From: Candidatus Aenigmatarchaeota archaeon
Lineage (GTDB): Archaea; Thermoplasmatota; Thermoplasmata; Halarchaeoplasmatales; Halarchaeoplasmataceae
Direction of reading: 5' to 3'
Length of the DNA: 64,000 bases
NCBI GenBank assembly: GCA_046537845.1
Contig: JBKHKA010000004.1
Location: forward strand, 24,586 to 88,585
The notes beneath the pieces are model-generated. The model ran no database searches, had not been told where the DNA came from, and saw nothing but the letters and a program-made list of their open reading frames with translations. Positions 1 to 11,221 of this stretch are shown piece by piece. Position 1 is the first letter of the stretch, and the number at the start of each line of letters is the position of its first letter. The position numbers were made by a program, and so were the translations under genes.

Positions 1-175
1 CATATTACCACCATCTTAATACTTTATTTTGATATTTCAAGGTCATTCATGATCTCTCTTCTTTATCATCATCAAATGGGATTACCCCTATATTTGACTC
101 AACCATAATAAGTTTTTTCTCTAAATGAAACATCATAATAAGATATATTTTTTTTAAAGATAGCTCATAGATAAA

Positions 176-1291
176 TCATCTTTTATCTATATTCCATATC
201 ACATACAAAGGCTTATCTTCAAAGTCGGTTACCAAGGCGAGTCTTCCCTTCAGCGATATATCCTCCCCGTCTTGACTCATTCCCGTAACTTCTAGACTTT
301 TTTCTTCTAGTTCTCTTTTGAACATCAGGTCTAGATGTTCTTCGAATTTTTCCGCATCATCTCCCTTGAGGAGATCACTGCATTCTTTATTTGAAAGTGT
401 ATTTTCAGGATAGCCGAAGAGCTCACAAAAATTATCGTTCACTTCTTTACATTTACCCTCTTGACCCACAACTGCCACTGCGTCAAAACTCCTTTCAAAA
501 AGCCTTCGGAAAGCTTCTTGGCTCTCCCTCATCGTTTCGAATCTCTTGCGTTCCTCGGTGACGTCGATGAGCGAAACGATGCTCTTTTTATCGTCAGGCA
601 TCATACCCACCTGCATTATCACTTCTCGGGCGTCACCAAACTTATTGATCAGGGTAAAATTATAACGTTCAGGGATCTCTTCTAGATTTTCACGCCTCTC
701 TCGGTGATATTTTTCCATACGATCTAGGTCCGATCCACTCACCAATTCAGTCCATTTTTTCTCACCTTCTAGTTCTTCTTTAGGATACCCTGTCAGTTTT
801 TCGACTTCGTCGTTCGCCATCGAGATGGTCTTATTTTCTTCGATTATAGCCATAGCGGTGCCGGTGTTTTCAAAGATAGCTCTATATTTCTTCTCACTTT
901 CTTTCAATTTTTTTTCCATCCTTTGTTTATATAGCGCCATTTCTATATTGCTAGCGAGCTCTCTCTTCCGGTAGGGTTTGAGGATATACCCGTAAGGTTC
1001 GGTGACTTTAGCTCTCTCCAATCTTTTATCATCGGAATAGGCGGTCAAGTAGATGATGGGGATGTCGAATTCAGACCCGATCTTTTCGGCGGCTTCTACA
1101 CCGTCAATCTCACCTTTCAATACTATATCCATCAATATCAAATCGGGTACTTTTTCTCTCGCCAACTCTATCGCTTTTTCTCCCCTGCTCGTTATCCCGA
1201 CCACTCTGTGTCCTATGTCTTTCAAAGACTCTTTGATGTCTTCAGCTACTACCATCTCATCTTCAACGACGAGTATCTCTGCCTCAACCAT
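176..1291 (-). CDS. Response regulator, REC-PAS-PAS (no DNA-binding output domain)
   Basis: REC motifs VVEDE, LILMD, YLTA, KP, followed by two PAS-like blocks (YRAIFENT..., FRRLFERS...). Start trimmed to MVEAEIL at 1291, which overlaps the kinase stop. Confidence 0.9.
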   Translation of the reverse strand: MVEAEILVVEDEMVVAEDIKESLKDIGHRVVGITSRGEKAIELAREKVPDLILMDIVLKGEIDGVEAAEKIGSEFDIPIIYLTAYSDDKRLERAKVTEPYGYILKPYRKRELASNIEMALYKQRMEKKLKESEKKYRAIFENTGTAMAIIEENKTISMANDEVEKLTGYPKEELEGEKKWTELVSGSDLDRMEKYHRERRENLEEIPERYNFTLINKFGDAREVIMQVGMMPDDKKSIVSLIDVTEERKRFETMRESQEAFRRLFERSFDAVAVVGQEGKCKEVNDNFCELFGYPENTLSNKECSDLLKGDDAEKFEEHLDLMFKRELEEKSLEVTGMSQDGEDISLKGRLALVTDFEDKPLYVIWNIDKR

Positions 1292-4200
1292 CGTTCTCAC
1301 TCTCCTTTTCAAATCTGATCTCAAAAATCGTACCATCCTCTCTCTTCAACTCAACCTCTCCATCCAACCGGTCTTCGACCAGCATCCTTATCAGCCGAAA
1401 ACCGAAGCTCCTAGGGTCCTCTAGAGTTACATCTTCTGGCACACCTATCCCGTTGTCACCCACAATTATTTCAACTTCACTGTCATCGTGCAGCGAAGTC
1501 GATATATTCAACTTCTTCTGCCCCTCATGGTCCTCAGGAAAAGCGTGTTTCAGAGAATTCGAAACTATCTCGTTGATCACCTGTATACAGGGGGTGGCTT
1601 GATCGATGCTGAGTTCGATATCTTCCATATCTTTTTCCAATTGGACTTCCTCATAATTTACATCGTAGGCTTGATAGATGCTTCTAACTAATTCATTTAT
1701 GTACTTGGACAGATGGATATTCGCTACGTCCTCTGACCTGTGCAGCATCTCATGTATCAGTGCCATAGATTGGATCCGGTTCTGTCCTTCCTGTAAGACT
1801 CTCACCGTTTTCTTATCTTCTTCTTTACTAGCTTGGAGACTCAACATACTGGATATCACTTGAAGGTTATTCTTGACTCTATGGTGGATCTCATCTAAAA
1901 GGACTTCTTTTTCCTTCAAAGAACTCTTCAATTTTTCCTCCGCCTCTATCTTATTTTTAGCCATAGCCAAGTCCCCAGCTACCTCTTTAATAAGACCCAG
2001 CTCTTCTTCATCCATCTCTTTATCTACCTTAACGGCGAGAATCCCCTCGATCTGCTTATCTATCATGGGTGTAAAGATGTTTGTGTGATCTTCCTCTTTA
2101 GTCTTGATCACTCTCTCCGTTTTCTTGATCTCTTCTATTCTAGATTCCAAATCCTTTATCCTCATGTTCCCGACCCTTTTGCTGATATCCTCCTCCTTAT
2201 CAGTTATGAGTATAGATACATCTAGATAACCCCGCATTTTCATCAACACTTCTCTGGATTCTTTCATCAATTCCGATAGATCGTCTTCTTTTGTGATGAG
2301 TTGATTGATCTCCCTTATAGACCGTAATAAACTGTTCAGGTGCTCTATCCTTTCTTCCCTTTTCTTACGCTGCGTGATGTCGAAAACGATCCCGACAAGG
2401 TTCTCTATCTCACCATCTTTTCGGACAGCATCCCCGTATTCCTCCAACCAGCGGATCTCACCATCGGCATCGATTATACGATAGATCAGGTGGAATGGGT
2501 TATTTTCATCGAGTGCTTTATCTACCTCCGAGTAGACATTATCATGGTCTTCTGGATGATAAAGTTCATAGAAACTTATTTCGTCCTTTAAAAAGGAGTC
2601 TTTTGGATAACCCGTTATATCTTCTACCGCATCATTTGTATAGATCATGGGCCACCGCTTCTCGTATCTGCATAGATAGATTATGGCCGGAGCGTTTTTT
2701 CCCAACAGCCGGAAGTGCTTTTCTTTCCTTTGAAGTTCCTCTTCTCTTTCCTTACGCTCCGTGATATCGTGGACCAAACCGAATACTTCTTTTTTTTCTT
2801 TCACAGTTTCTATCGCCGATGTTATGTTCAAAAGATCTCTTGTAGTTCCATCCTTTCTCATGATCTTTATCTCTTTCCGTTCTTCTAGCTCTATGGGTTC
2901 TTCACCATATCCTCCTCTACTATCGAGTTCTTCCTTCGAATCGGGATGTAATAACTCTCTCGATTTCATACCTATGAGTTCATCTTTTTCATATCCGTGG
3001 ATCTCTGCAAATTTCTCATTGACGTACGTTATCGTGCCGTCGATATCTCTGATGTATATTCCCTCTTGAGCCTTGGATATCAACGTTTCAAATCGCTGTT
3101 TACTCCTTCTTAATTTCTCCTGGTACCTGAGCCTTTCGAGTACCTGGACCATGTGGGAGATAAGGGTTTCAGCCATCTCCAGATCGAATTCGTCGAAGTA
3201 TCCTCTTTCATAAGACATGGCTTGGAATACACCCTCGTCCTTTATCGGCACACTGATAGTAGATCTAAAATCAGGATCGGAAGGCTGTGCTTCTTCCCAT
3301 TCTGACAGATCTTCTAAAAGGTAAGAACGTTTATTTTGGTAAGTTAGTCCTCTTATACCTTCATCTGCCGGAAATATATCTCCAACCTTTACGTTTTCAG
3401 CGTTTGCTGCTTTTACCACCAGATCACCGTCTTCCATAATCTTGATGCTGCTAGATCTGAACCCTAAGATATCTTTTGCCGCCTCTAGAGTCACTTCAAA
3501 CACTTCCTCTTCCGATCTGCATCTTTCAAATTTTATGGTCGCCTGGTAAAGGGCCTTGACCTTTTCTTCTCTCTTTTCCTGTAAATTTTCGGCACTTTTC
3601 CGCTCGGTTATATCTCGAAATACCACTTGTATCGATGTTTTCCCGTCGAGCTTCACCGGGGCGGCAGCCACTTCTACCTCTATGGGTTCGTGGTTGTCGA
3701 TCCTTACAAATTTTTCTTCAGCCAAAGGTACTTCTTGGCCTTCCTCCACCATCTTTGAGATCCGTTTTTTTACCGTATCTCGATGATCGGGGTGCACCAC
3801 CTTCATTATTGAGTCCCCTATGTGCTCCTCTCTGTTATCTACGTCTATACCCAACATCTTCGCTCCAGAAGGATTGAGATATTGAAGACGGCCGTTCTGA
3901 TGGATGCATATACCGTCTGGGCAGAGTTCTAAAAATCGTCTATATTTCTTTCTGTTCTTTTCGAGTGTTCTTTCCAACTCTTCTACCTCTGTGATATCTC
4001 TCCCGATCACCACGTTTAAGAGTTTACCCTCCTCGCTATCGATGGAAGACGATTTTAGATTCACATATTTTTTTTCGCCATCTTTCGATTTTATCGGAAC
4101 GGTCACGGCTTTATTCGAATTTCCCTCTAGAGCCTTTTCTCCCATGATCTTCATAGCTCTTTCCTGATATCCCTCTTCCATGAGCTCCTTGTACACATCT

Positions 4201-4388
4201 GCAACATCCTCATCCCTCACCTCCTCTTCGGAATAACCAGTCATCTCTTCGAAGCCTTCGTTGACCTTTAAGACGCGGCCATCCGTATCGGTAACGAGTA
4301 TCCACTCATCCATGGATTCGATCAGTTGTAAAGCGCCCTTTCCCAGCGGATCTAGCGGATGGCTACCTTTCACTTCTTCTTTTCCCAT
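1284..4388 (-). CDS. Multi-PAS/GAF sensor histidine kinase (HisKA_2 type)
   Basis: Four PAS/PAC repeats ending DITE/DITQ, a GAF region, H-box [17 protein letters not shown], and HATPase N/G boxes ([22 protein letters not shown]). Confidence 0.93.
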   Translation of the reverse strand: MGKEEVKGSHPLDPLGKGALQLIESMDEWILVTDTDGRVLKVNEGFEEMTGYSEEEVRDEDVADVYKELMEEGYQERAMKIMGEKALEGNSNKAVTVPIKSKDGEKKYVNLKSSSIDSEEGKLLNVVIGRDITEVEELERTLEKNRKKYRRFLELCPDGICIHQNGRLQYLNPSGAKMLGIDVDNREEHIGDSIMKVVHPDHRDTVKKRISKMVEEGQEVPLAEEKFVRIDNHEPIEVEVAAAPVKLDGKTSIQVVFRDITERKSAENLQEKREEKVKALYQATIKFERCRSEEEVFEVTLEAAKDILGFRSSSIKIMEDGDLVVKAANAENVKVGDIFPADEGIRGLTYQNKRSYLLEDLSEWEEAQPSDPDFRSTISVPIKDEGVFQAMSYERGYFDEFDLEMAETLISHMVQVLERLRYQEKLRRSKQRFETLISKAQEGIYIRDIDGTITYVNEKFAEIHGYEKDELIGMKSRELLHPDSKEELDSRGGYGEEPIELEERKEIKIMRKDGTTRDLLNITSAIETVKEKKEVFGLVHDITERKEREEELQRKEKHFRLLGKNAPAIIYLCRYEKRWPMIYTNDAVEDITGYPKDSFLKDEISFYELYHPEDHDNVYSEVDKALDENNPFHLIYRIIDADGEIRWLEEYGDAVRKDGEIENLVGIVFDITQRKKREERIEHLNSLLRSIREINQLITKEDDLSELMKESREVLMKMRGYLDVSILITDKEEDISKRVGNMRIKDLESRIEEIKKTERVIKTKEEDHTNIFTPMIDKQIEGILAVKVDKEMDEEELGLIKEVAGDLAMAKNKIEAEEKLKSSLKEKEVLLDEIHHRVKNNLQVISSMLSLQASKEEDKKTVRVLQEGQNRIQSMALIHEMLHRSEDVANIHLSKYINELVRSIYQAYDVNYEEVQLEKDMEDIELSIDQATPCIQVINEIVSNSLKHAFPEDHEGQKKLNISTSLHDDSEVEIIVGDNGIGVPEDVTLEDPRSFGFRLIRMLVEDRLDGEVELKREDGTIFEIRFEKESENDG

Positions 4389-4426
4389 CTTCCTCCTCTC
4401 CCATAATTATCACCTTTCTATCTTAT

Positions 4427-5017
4427 TCATACGTTCTCGAATTCAGAGGCTATCTCTTTCAATTTTTCATTCATTGTCTCATCATTTTCTATTTTTATGA
4501 TCTCTGCTAAGAACTTCGCTAGGATCAAGGAAAAGAAATCAGCATCTTCTGGATCTGAGAGAGATTCACCCATATCCATCGTCACTTCCTCGTCCACTTT
4601 TCCAAATAGCTTGATCAGTTTATCGGCCACTTCGCTCTTCTCCTCACATTCGAACCCGGCTTTTTCCAAGATCCCCAAACACCTCTTTATCCTCTCCTTT
4701 TTCCATTCTAAACCCAGGCCTGAAGGTTTATTTTTATCCATCGGTTCAGGCGCCAGAAGAAAAACTTCTGCCGTTCTCCCGTAGATCTTTTCCGGTATAT
4801 GGTATTCCTTCCTTTCTGATGTGACTTCGATGAATCCGGCTTCTTCCAATTTTTTTACATGCCTATAGATGGTGGATTGATCCTTGCCTAAAGCCTCAGC
4901 GAGCTGAGAGATCGTCATATCCTTGACTTTTAAGATATCTAGGATTTTCTTTCGGGTCTCCTCGAGCCCGATCTTGAGATCCATTGGATCCTCAAATAAG
5001 CGGACATCTTTTTTCAT
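4427..5017 (-). CDS. Winged-helix (ArsR-like) transcriptional regulator
   Basis: ETRKKILDILK...MTISQLAEALGKDQSTIYRHVKKLEEAGFI HTH. Directly upstream of the kinase on the same strand. Confidence 0.85.
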   Translation of the reverse strand: MKKDVRLFEDPMDLKIGLEETRKKILDILKVKDMTISQLAEALGKDQSTIYRHVKKLEEAGFIEVTSERKEYHIPEKIYGRTAEVFLLAPEPMDKNKPSGLGLEWKKERIKRCLGILEKAGFECEEKSEVADKLIKLFGKVDEEVTMDMGESLSDPEDADFFSLILAKFLAEIIKIENDETMNEKLKEIASEFENV

Positions 5018-5206
5018 TTTTTTTCACATCATCTATATTTCCGCTTACCATCTTTCTTGCCTATCGTATACAATGTGCTTTAGGATATTTATAGATTCGC
5101 TTGATTTTTCATATTATATCTTTGTACTTAATTTCCTTTTTTCAACCAATAATCCGCTTCGAATCCGAATATTTTTTAATCAACCTGTAGATTATCTACC
5201 GGTAAA

Positions 5207-5836
5207 ATGATAGATGTAGCGGTGATGGCCTCTGGAGGAGGAACCGATTTTCAATCAATAATAGATGCCGGTGAAGCCGGAAAGATAGACGCTAGAGTGG
5301 TTCTGTTGGTGACGAATGAGCCGGACGCTTATTGTATAGAAAGGGCAAAAAAGCACGACATAGACCATACGGTGATCGATCATCGCGGTAAAGAGAGGGA
5401 GGAGCATGAAAGGGAGATTATAGACATCTTGGAGAAGTATGATCCCGATCTCATAGTGATGGCGGGATACATGAGGATATTGACCGATGAATTCGTTGAT
5501 AGGTATCATGGAAGATTGATCAATATCCACCCCGCGCTGCTCCCCCTGTTTGGGGGAAAAGGGATGTACGGAGAAAAAGTCCACAGGGCTGTATTGGACG
5601 CGGGTATGAAACGATCTGGTTGCTCTGTGCACTTCGTAACCAACGAAGTGGACGGAGGGCCTATAATAGATCAGAGGTGTGTACCCGTAAAGAAGGACGA
5701 CGATCCTCACAGCTTGTCGGAAAGGGTGAAAGAAAAAGAGCACGAACTTTTACCTTCAGTGGTCGGTGCTTTTGCCGAGGACAGAGTGAAATTGGAAAAC
5801 GAAAAAGCCTGTGTCCTGCCCAAAAAAGATAATTAG
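5207..5836 (+). CDS. purN: Phosphoribosylglycinamide formyltransferase
   Basis: ASGGGT, AGYMRIL, INIHPALLP, GCSVHFV..VDGGPII motifs. Confidence 0.95.
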   Translation: MIDVAVMASGGGTDFQSIIDAGEAGKIDARVVLLVTNEPDAYCIERAKKHDIDHTVIDHRGKEREEHEREIIDILEKYDPDLIVMAGYMRILTDEFVDRYHGRLINIHPALLPLFGGKGMYGEKVHRAVLDAGMKRSGCSVHFVTNEVDGGPIIDQRCVPVKKDDDPHSLSERVKEKEHELLPSVVGAFAEDRVKLENEKACVLPKKDN

Positions 5837-5894
5837 TTATACTCTATTACCGCTACAACTATCAAATAAAAGACGTTTTGGAGGAGTATATCAG

Positions 5895-6749
5895 ATGCCC
5901 ACCTTAAATGGATCGAGTATAGAAGAGTTAGAGGAGATCGCACGAAGAGTAAGGGTTCACATAGTCAAAAGCACCCATGAAGCTGGATCGGGCCATCCAG
6001 GAGGATCGCTATCAGCTACGGACATCCTGACCGCTCTGTATTTCGAGATAATGGAGCATAGACCGGATGAACCGGACTGGCCGAAAAGAGATAGGCTGGT
6101 GTTGAGCAAAGGTCATGCGGCCCCGGCTCTCTACGGCGTGTTAGCGGAATCGGGTTATTTTCCTGTAGAGGAATTGATGACCCTAAGGAATTTAGGTTCA
6201 CGGTTACAGGGACATCCACATGTGAAAGCTACACCGGGTGTGGATGCTTCCACAGGTTCGTTAGGACAGGGCATTTCCATAGCGGCGGGCATGGCCTTGG
6301 CAGCAAAACTAGACAGGGAATCGTATAGAGTGTTCGCTATCTGTGGAGACGGGGAGATGCAGTCAGGCCAGATATGGGAAGCTGCGATGTTCGCCAGCCA
6401 TCAGAAGTTGGATAACCTGATAGTGTTTTTGGATAGGAACAATCTTCAGATCGACGGCTCGACCGAAGAAGTGATGTCCATAGAACCCATAGTTTCTAAA
6501 TGGAACGCCTTCGGTTGGCACGTCCTGGAGATAGAAGGCCACGAGATGGACCAGGTCGTAGATGCGGTTGAAAGAGCCGAAGAGATCCATGGTCAGCCTT
6601 CTATCATCATAGCCCACACCATAAAAGGTAAAGGTGTGCCTTTCATGGAGGGTTCTCTAGCTTTCCACGGTAAAGCCGCCAACGAAAAACAGTTGGAAGT
6701 GGCGCTAAAGGCCCTAGGAGAAAAAGACAACGACGAAGGAGGTGAGTGA
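5895..6749 (+). CDS. Transketolase, N-terminal (ThDP-binding) subunit
   Basis: GSGHPGGSLS, DRLVLSKGHA, LQGHP, GSLGQG, GDGE..SGQIWEA. Start set at ATG 5895 after GGAGGAG. Confidence 0.93.
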   Translation: MPTLNGSSIEELEEIARRVRVHIVKSTHEAGSGHPGGSLSATDILTALYFEIMEHRPDEPDWPKRDRLVLSKGHAAPALYGVLAESGYFPVEELMTLRNLGSRLQGHPHVKATPGVDASTGSLGQGISIAAGMALAAKLDRESYRVFAICGDGEMQSGQIWEAAMFASHQKLDNLIVFLDRNNLQIDGSTEEVMSIEPIVSKWNAFGWHVLEIEGHEMDQVVDAVERAEEIHGQPSIIIAHTIKGKGVPFMEGSLAFHGKAANEKQLEVALKALGEKDNDEGGE

Positions 6750-7695
6750 GATGTGGGAGATGGCTAAGCAGAGAGATGCCTACGGAGAAGCCTTAGTTGA
6801 ATTGGGGAGAGAAAAAGATGACATTGTTGTTGTGGGTGCCGACCTTTGCGGTTCCTGCCGAGTAAAGAAATTTGGAAGTGAATTTCCTGAGAGGATGTTC
6901 AATACCGGTATCGCTGAACAGAACATGACGGGAGTCTCTGCTGGTCTTGCACTGTCTGGAAAGACCGTATTCACCAGCACTTTTGCTGTTTTTGCTACGG
7001 GTAGAGCTTATGATCAGGTCAGACAGAGTGTCGCCTATCCCGAGTTGGATGTAAAGATAGTTTCCACCCACGCCGGTATAACCGTCGGAGGAGACGGCGC
7101 TTCTCATCAGATGCTGGAAGACATAGCGTTGATGAGGGTACTTCCGAACATGAAGGTGGTCGCTCCAGCGGATTATCACGAGAGCAGAAAGGCGACTTTC
7201 GCCGTGGCTGAAGAAGAAGGACCCTTTTACCTGCGGATGGGCCGTTCCAGCATTCCCATCGTGACGGAGGAAGACGATCCTTTTGAGATTGGAAAGGCAA
7301 CTGTCCTCAGAGAAGGTGATGATGTAACGCTCATAGGCACGGGTATAATGGTATCCGAGTGTCTGAAGGCGGCCGAGATGCTCGACAAGCAGAACGAGGT
7401 CGATGCAAAAGTGTTGAATATGAGTACCATAAAGCCATTAGATGAAGAGAGCATAGTAAAATCAGCTAGAGATACAGGGGGTATCGTTACCGCTGAAGAG
7501 CACGTGGTGAGTCAGGGCATGGGCAGCGGCATATCACAAGTTTTAGCCGAGAGCGATTACCATGTGCCGATGAAGAGAGTCGGGATACCCAACGTGTTCG
7601 GTGAGTCCGGCGAAAGCGACGAACTGATGGAAAAGTACGGCCTGACCGCCGAACACATCGTAGAGAGCGTACATGACGTTTTGGAAAGAAGATAA
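6742..7695 (+). CDS. Transketolase, C-terminal subunit
   Basis: ADL, GIAEQNM, RAYDQVRQ, GDGASHQ, TAEEH motifs. Overlaps the previous stop. Confidence 0.93.
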   Translation: MSEMWEMAKQRDAYGEALVELGREKDDIVVVGADLCGSCRVKKFGSEFPERMFNTGIAEQNMTGVSAGLALSGKTVFTSTFAVFATGRAYDQVRQSVAYPELDVKIVSTHAGITVGGDGASHQMLEDIALMRVLPNMKVVAPADYHESRKATFAVAEEEGPFYLRMGRSSIPIVTEEDDPFEIGKATVLREGDDVTLIGTGIMVSECLKAAEMLDKQNEVDAKVLNMSTIKPLDEESIVKSARDTGGIVTAEEHVVSQGMGSGISQVLAESDYHVPMKRVGIPNVFGESGESDELMEKYGLTAEHIVESVHDVLERR

Positions 7696-7719
7696 GATAG
7701 AAAACAAAAAGGTGATATT

Positions 7720-8622
7720 ATGGATATATTTGTAGATACCGCGGATCTAGATGAGATAAAAGAAGCCGAGTCTTGGGGAATCTTGGACGGCGTCACGACA
7801 AACCCTTCGCTCATAAAGAAAGCTGTCGATACCGCCGAAGGGGAGATCAGCCTGAAAGACCATATAACTGAGATATTGAAAACTGTCGACGGACCGGTGA
7901 GTCTAGAAGTGACCGAGATAGAGCACCAGAAGATGGTGGAAGAAGCTCAGACGCTGTACGACGAATTCAATCAGGTGAATGACAACGTGGTCGTAAAGAT
8001 ACCGGTGAATACAGCCATGGAAGAAGATGACGATGATTTTGAAGGTGTGAAGGCGATAAAAACTTTGAGTGGGATAGGTATACCTGTGAACTGCACCTTG
8101 GTTATGAAGCCTAACCAGGCTCTGATGGCGGCTAAAGCTGGAGCTGAGTACGTGAGTCCATTCCTCGGAAGGATAGACGATCATATCCGGGAGCTGATAG
8201 GACTAGAGAGAGGAGAAGATTATCCGAAAGGGACATATTATCCTTCAGAACTGACCGAGAGGATCAGGAATTCCGAACTCCAACGAAGGGTAGCCGAGAA
8301 AGGACCAGAGGATATAATCTATCGAGACCAGGAGACCATGAGGTTTTTCGAGTGGGGTAACGATAACGGCGTGCTTTCAGGGGTGGATCTAGTATGGTCT
8401 ATAAAAAATATCCTCGACAACTATTCCTATGGAACAGAGATAATAGCCGCCAGTGTCAGGACCTCCAGGCAGGTCAGACAGTGTGCCGAAGTCGGAGTTG
8501 AGATAGCCACCATACCTTTCAACGTTATCGAGGACATGATGGTGCACTACAAAACGAGTGAAGGGATGAAAGCCTTTGACGAAGACGTGATCCCCGAGTA
8601 CAAAACTCTCCTAAAAAGTTGA
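7720..8622 (+). CDS. tal: Transaldolase (small TalC/MipB-type family) with internal insertion
   Basis: FVDTAD, GVTTNPS, SLEV, VVKIP (Schiff-base Lys), YVSPFLGRIDD, AASVR. Confidence 0.9.
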   Translation: MDIFVDTADLDEIKEAESWGILDGVTTNPSLIKKAVDTAEGEISLKDHITEILKTVDGPVSLEVTEIEHQKMVEEAQTLYDEFNQVNDNVVVKIPVNTAMEEDDDDFEGVKAIKTLSGIGIPVNCTLVMKPNQALMAAKAGAEYVSPFLGRIDDHIRELIGLERGEDYPKGTYYPSELTERIRNSELQRRVAEKGPEDIIYRDQETMRFFEWGNDNGVLSGVDLVWSIKNILDNYSYGTEIIAASVRTSRQVRQCAEVGVEIATIPFNVIEDMMVHYKTSEGMKAFDEDVIPEYKTLLKS

Positions 8623-8660
8623 AAAGAGTTGAAAAGTCTCTGATTTAGAATGATATCAAG

Positions 8661-9350
8661 GTGGTATTCATCGCTGAAAGGATCGATCTCTCCGAATTGA
8701 GAGAATTTGAATTTGGACCTGAAGGTATGGATGTAAGAAGTGAACATATCGACGAATACATCGATACGATAACACAAAAGGTCGAAGATGAATTTTCCGA
8801 GCATCCTGATTATCATCCCGCGACCCTGGGCAGAGAGAGTGGAAGAAAACTGTATTTTCTCCTATTGAAAAAAAAGCCGGACATCGTGGTGGAGACCGGG
8901 GTGTGCAACGGCTTCTCTTCAGCCGTTATCCTGAAAGCTTTGGATGAGAACCAGAACGGACGATTGTTCTCGGTGGACCTCCCCGTTTCTATAGATGAGG
9001 TGGAAGAGGGGATGGGCGCTGTGATACCTCCCGGAAAAGATTCCGGTTGGGTTATACCTGACGAACTCCGAGACCGCTGGACACTCAGGGAAGGAGACAC
9101 ATATTACCAACTCCCTAAAGTATTTGAAGATCTCTCGGGCGGAGTGGACATCTTTCTGCATGACAGCGGACATTCTTACGAGACCATGATGTTTGAATTC
9201 GCCATAGCTTGGCGGCATCTGAAAGAGAAGGGTTTACTGCTAGCCGACAACATCGATCACAGCCGTGGCTTTTCAGACTTCGTAGAGGCTAAAGAGGTCG
9301 TTCCTTATCGGTTGGGGAACTTAGGGCTGATGAAGAAGACAAGGATATGA
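8661..9350 (+). CDS. Class I SAM-dependent methyltransferase (Methyltransf_24-like)
   Basis: VVETGVCNGFSS, SVD, DIFLHDSGHSYE, LLADN. Confidence 0.8.
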   Translation: MVFIAERIDLSELREFEFGPEGMDVRSEHIDEYIDTITQKVEDEFSEHPDYHPATLGRESGRKLYFLLLKKKPDIVVETGVCNGFSSAVILKALDENQNGRLFSVDLPVSIDEVEEGMGAVIPPGKDSGWVIPDELRDRWTLREGDTYYQLPKVFEDLSGGVDIFLHDSGHSYETMMFEFAIAWRHLKEKGLLLADNIDHSRGFSDFVEAKEVVPYRLGNLGLMKKTRI

Positions 9351-9396
9351 AGGAAAATGGGATAAGATCAGAATGGTCTTGGTCTTACTTCCATCT

Positions 9397-10224
9397 TTAT
9401 TCAGGCCTCTCATCGGATTTGTATTTATCCAGCACTTTCTTCACCACTGAGGCGGAGTACCTGTCACCCTCCTCTTCGTAATGACTTTTCAAACTATTTC
9501 CAAAGGAAATAATCTTATCTTCATTGAATTCGAACTTTTTCCCTATCTCTTTCCTGGGTATACCACTCTTTTCCAGCATATTTATCAGCTGTGGTTGAGA
9601 AAGGTTTCCCAGATCAGATCCACAAAGGAATAAGGCATCGAGAAGGTCACCAGTAGTCTCTATAGATCTCCTCTTGATTATATCTCCAGCATCCTCGATA
9701 TCCAGCGATAGATTCAGAGCTACTTCTCTGGCGAGTTTACTGAAGACATACTCCACGTTTCGACCGGTTTTTGCTGAAGTGAAGATAAGTTTTTCAAAAT
9801 TATTGGATAGCCTTGAGGGAGAGACCTCATCGAGAGGTGCCTCTTCTATGAGGTCAAATTTATTCACCACTGGGATTATGGGGTTGTCCCCACCTGCGAT
9901 CTTTTTGTATTTAGGTACCCATTCTTCTTTCAAGCTTTTCATCGTATCTAATCTGGTCAAATCCGATATGGCGATAGCTCCCGTAGAACCCGTAAACGCA
10001 CCTGTTTTCACAGCCTCATAATCCTTTTTCCCCATGATATCGTAGATTATCAATTTGACCTTCCCCTCGCTGAACTCGACTTCCTTCGAGTACACGTTGC
10101 TCCCGATAGTTTTCAGGTATTCTTCTCCGAATATATTCTTCACGAATTTCAGGATTAACGACGTCTTCCCTACAGCTGGGTCTCCCAATAGATTTACTTT
10201 TTTCTTCAGTAGTTTGTCTCCCAT
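9397..10224 (-). CDS. Ras/Rab-like small GTPase with ~100 aa C-terminal extension
   Basis: G1 GDPAVGKTS, G2 region YLKTIG, G3 DIMG, G4 NKFD, G5 TSAKTG. Confidence 0.88.
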   Translation of the reverse strand: MGDKLLKKKVNLLGDPAVGKTSLILKFVKNIFGEEYLKTIGSNVYSKEVEFSEGKVKLIIYDIMGKKDYEAVKTGAFTGSTGAIAISDLTRLDTMKSLKEEWVPKYKKIAGGDNPIIPVVNKFDLIEEAPLDEVSPSRLSNNFEKLIFTSAKTGRNVEYVFSKLAREVALNLSLDIEDAGDIIKRRSIETTGDLLDALFLCGSDLGNLSQPQLINMLEKSGIPRKEIGKKFEFNEDKIISFGNSLKSHYEEEGDRYSASVVKKVLDKYKSDERPE

Positions 10225-10422
10225 CTATTAAAACACCTTCGTTTTTGATCGTAGATAATTACTTTTCCTTCCACTTTCTTCCATTTTTATCTAACTTTCC
10301 GGCTTATATATATAGAGGACCACAAGGATATAAGAGTTGTGATTTATCAGATGGAACTTACCGCTCTTTCCATCCGGAAAAAATATATACCAATAATATA
10401 TTTATGAGCCCGAAGGGAGAAA

Positions 10423-11082
10423 ATGAAAACGAAAGCCGTGATAGGAGCAGGCGTAGCCATCGCCGCTATCATCCTGTTGATGTTCGCCTTCACCATCCCA
10501 TGGTATAATTACAGTGCTGAAAATGTTGAGCAGGGAGAAGAGACGGTCGATATAGAGAGGGATTTTCATCTGGACGAAGCCGAGGTCAAGCAAGATAGCC
10601 AAAGTACTACTTATGATTACCAAGAGGAGGACCTCGATGCGCTCGATTCTACTTTTGGAACCACTGAGATGTTCGTAATGATAGCGGTGATAGGGACCAT
10701 CCTTGGATTGATCGGAGCGATACTCGTGGCTTTCGGCATATTGAATCCGAAGATAGGCTCTTACTTGGCTGTTGTAGGTATCATCTTTGCCTTCGTGGCC
10801 CCCCTTTACCTTTGGGTGTATTTGCCCGGCGCCTTTGAGGAGGACATGGAATGGGGTGAAGTGGGCCCCCATCAAGGACCGCTTTATTTTGCTGGAGGAG
10901 GTTCTGTTGGCCAAGAAGAAAGGACCTGGGGTCCGGCGATAGGCTGGTTTTTACTACTGGTTGCGGGTATATTGAACGTGGTGGTCTTCAGGCTCACAGG
11001 TGCTTGTAGAGCTTCGCCCTCTTCTGAACCCGTCGAGGAAGAAGAATATCAGCCGATGGAAGAAGATGAATATATAGAATAA
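10423..11082 (+). CDS. Four-TM membrane protein, unknown function
   Basis: Four hydrophobic stretches, an acidic loop after TM1 and an acidic tail. Confidence 0.75.
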   Translation: MKTKAVIGAGVAIAAIILLMFAFTIPWYNYSAENVEQGEETVDIERDFHLDEAEVKQDSQSTTYDYQEEDLDALDSTFGTTEMFVMIAVIGTILGLIGAILVAFGILNPKIGSYLAVVGIIFAFVAPLYLWVYLPGAFEEDMEWGEVGPHQGPLYFAGGGSVGQEERTWGPAIGWFLLLVAGILNVVVFRLTGACRASPSSEPVEEEEYQPMEEDEYIE

Positions 11083-11221
11083 CCGAACCAAGAAACTCTC
11101 TGCCTTTTTGCTTGCATGATAGGATGAAGGGGAGTATACTTGAATACCAAAAGACCAAAAACGTACCAAGACAATCCTTAAATATATAAAACACCGTTGA
11201 CAATTGAGAGGTAATTTTCAT

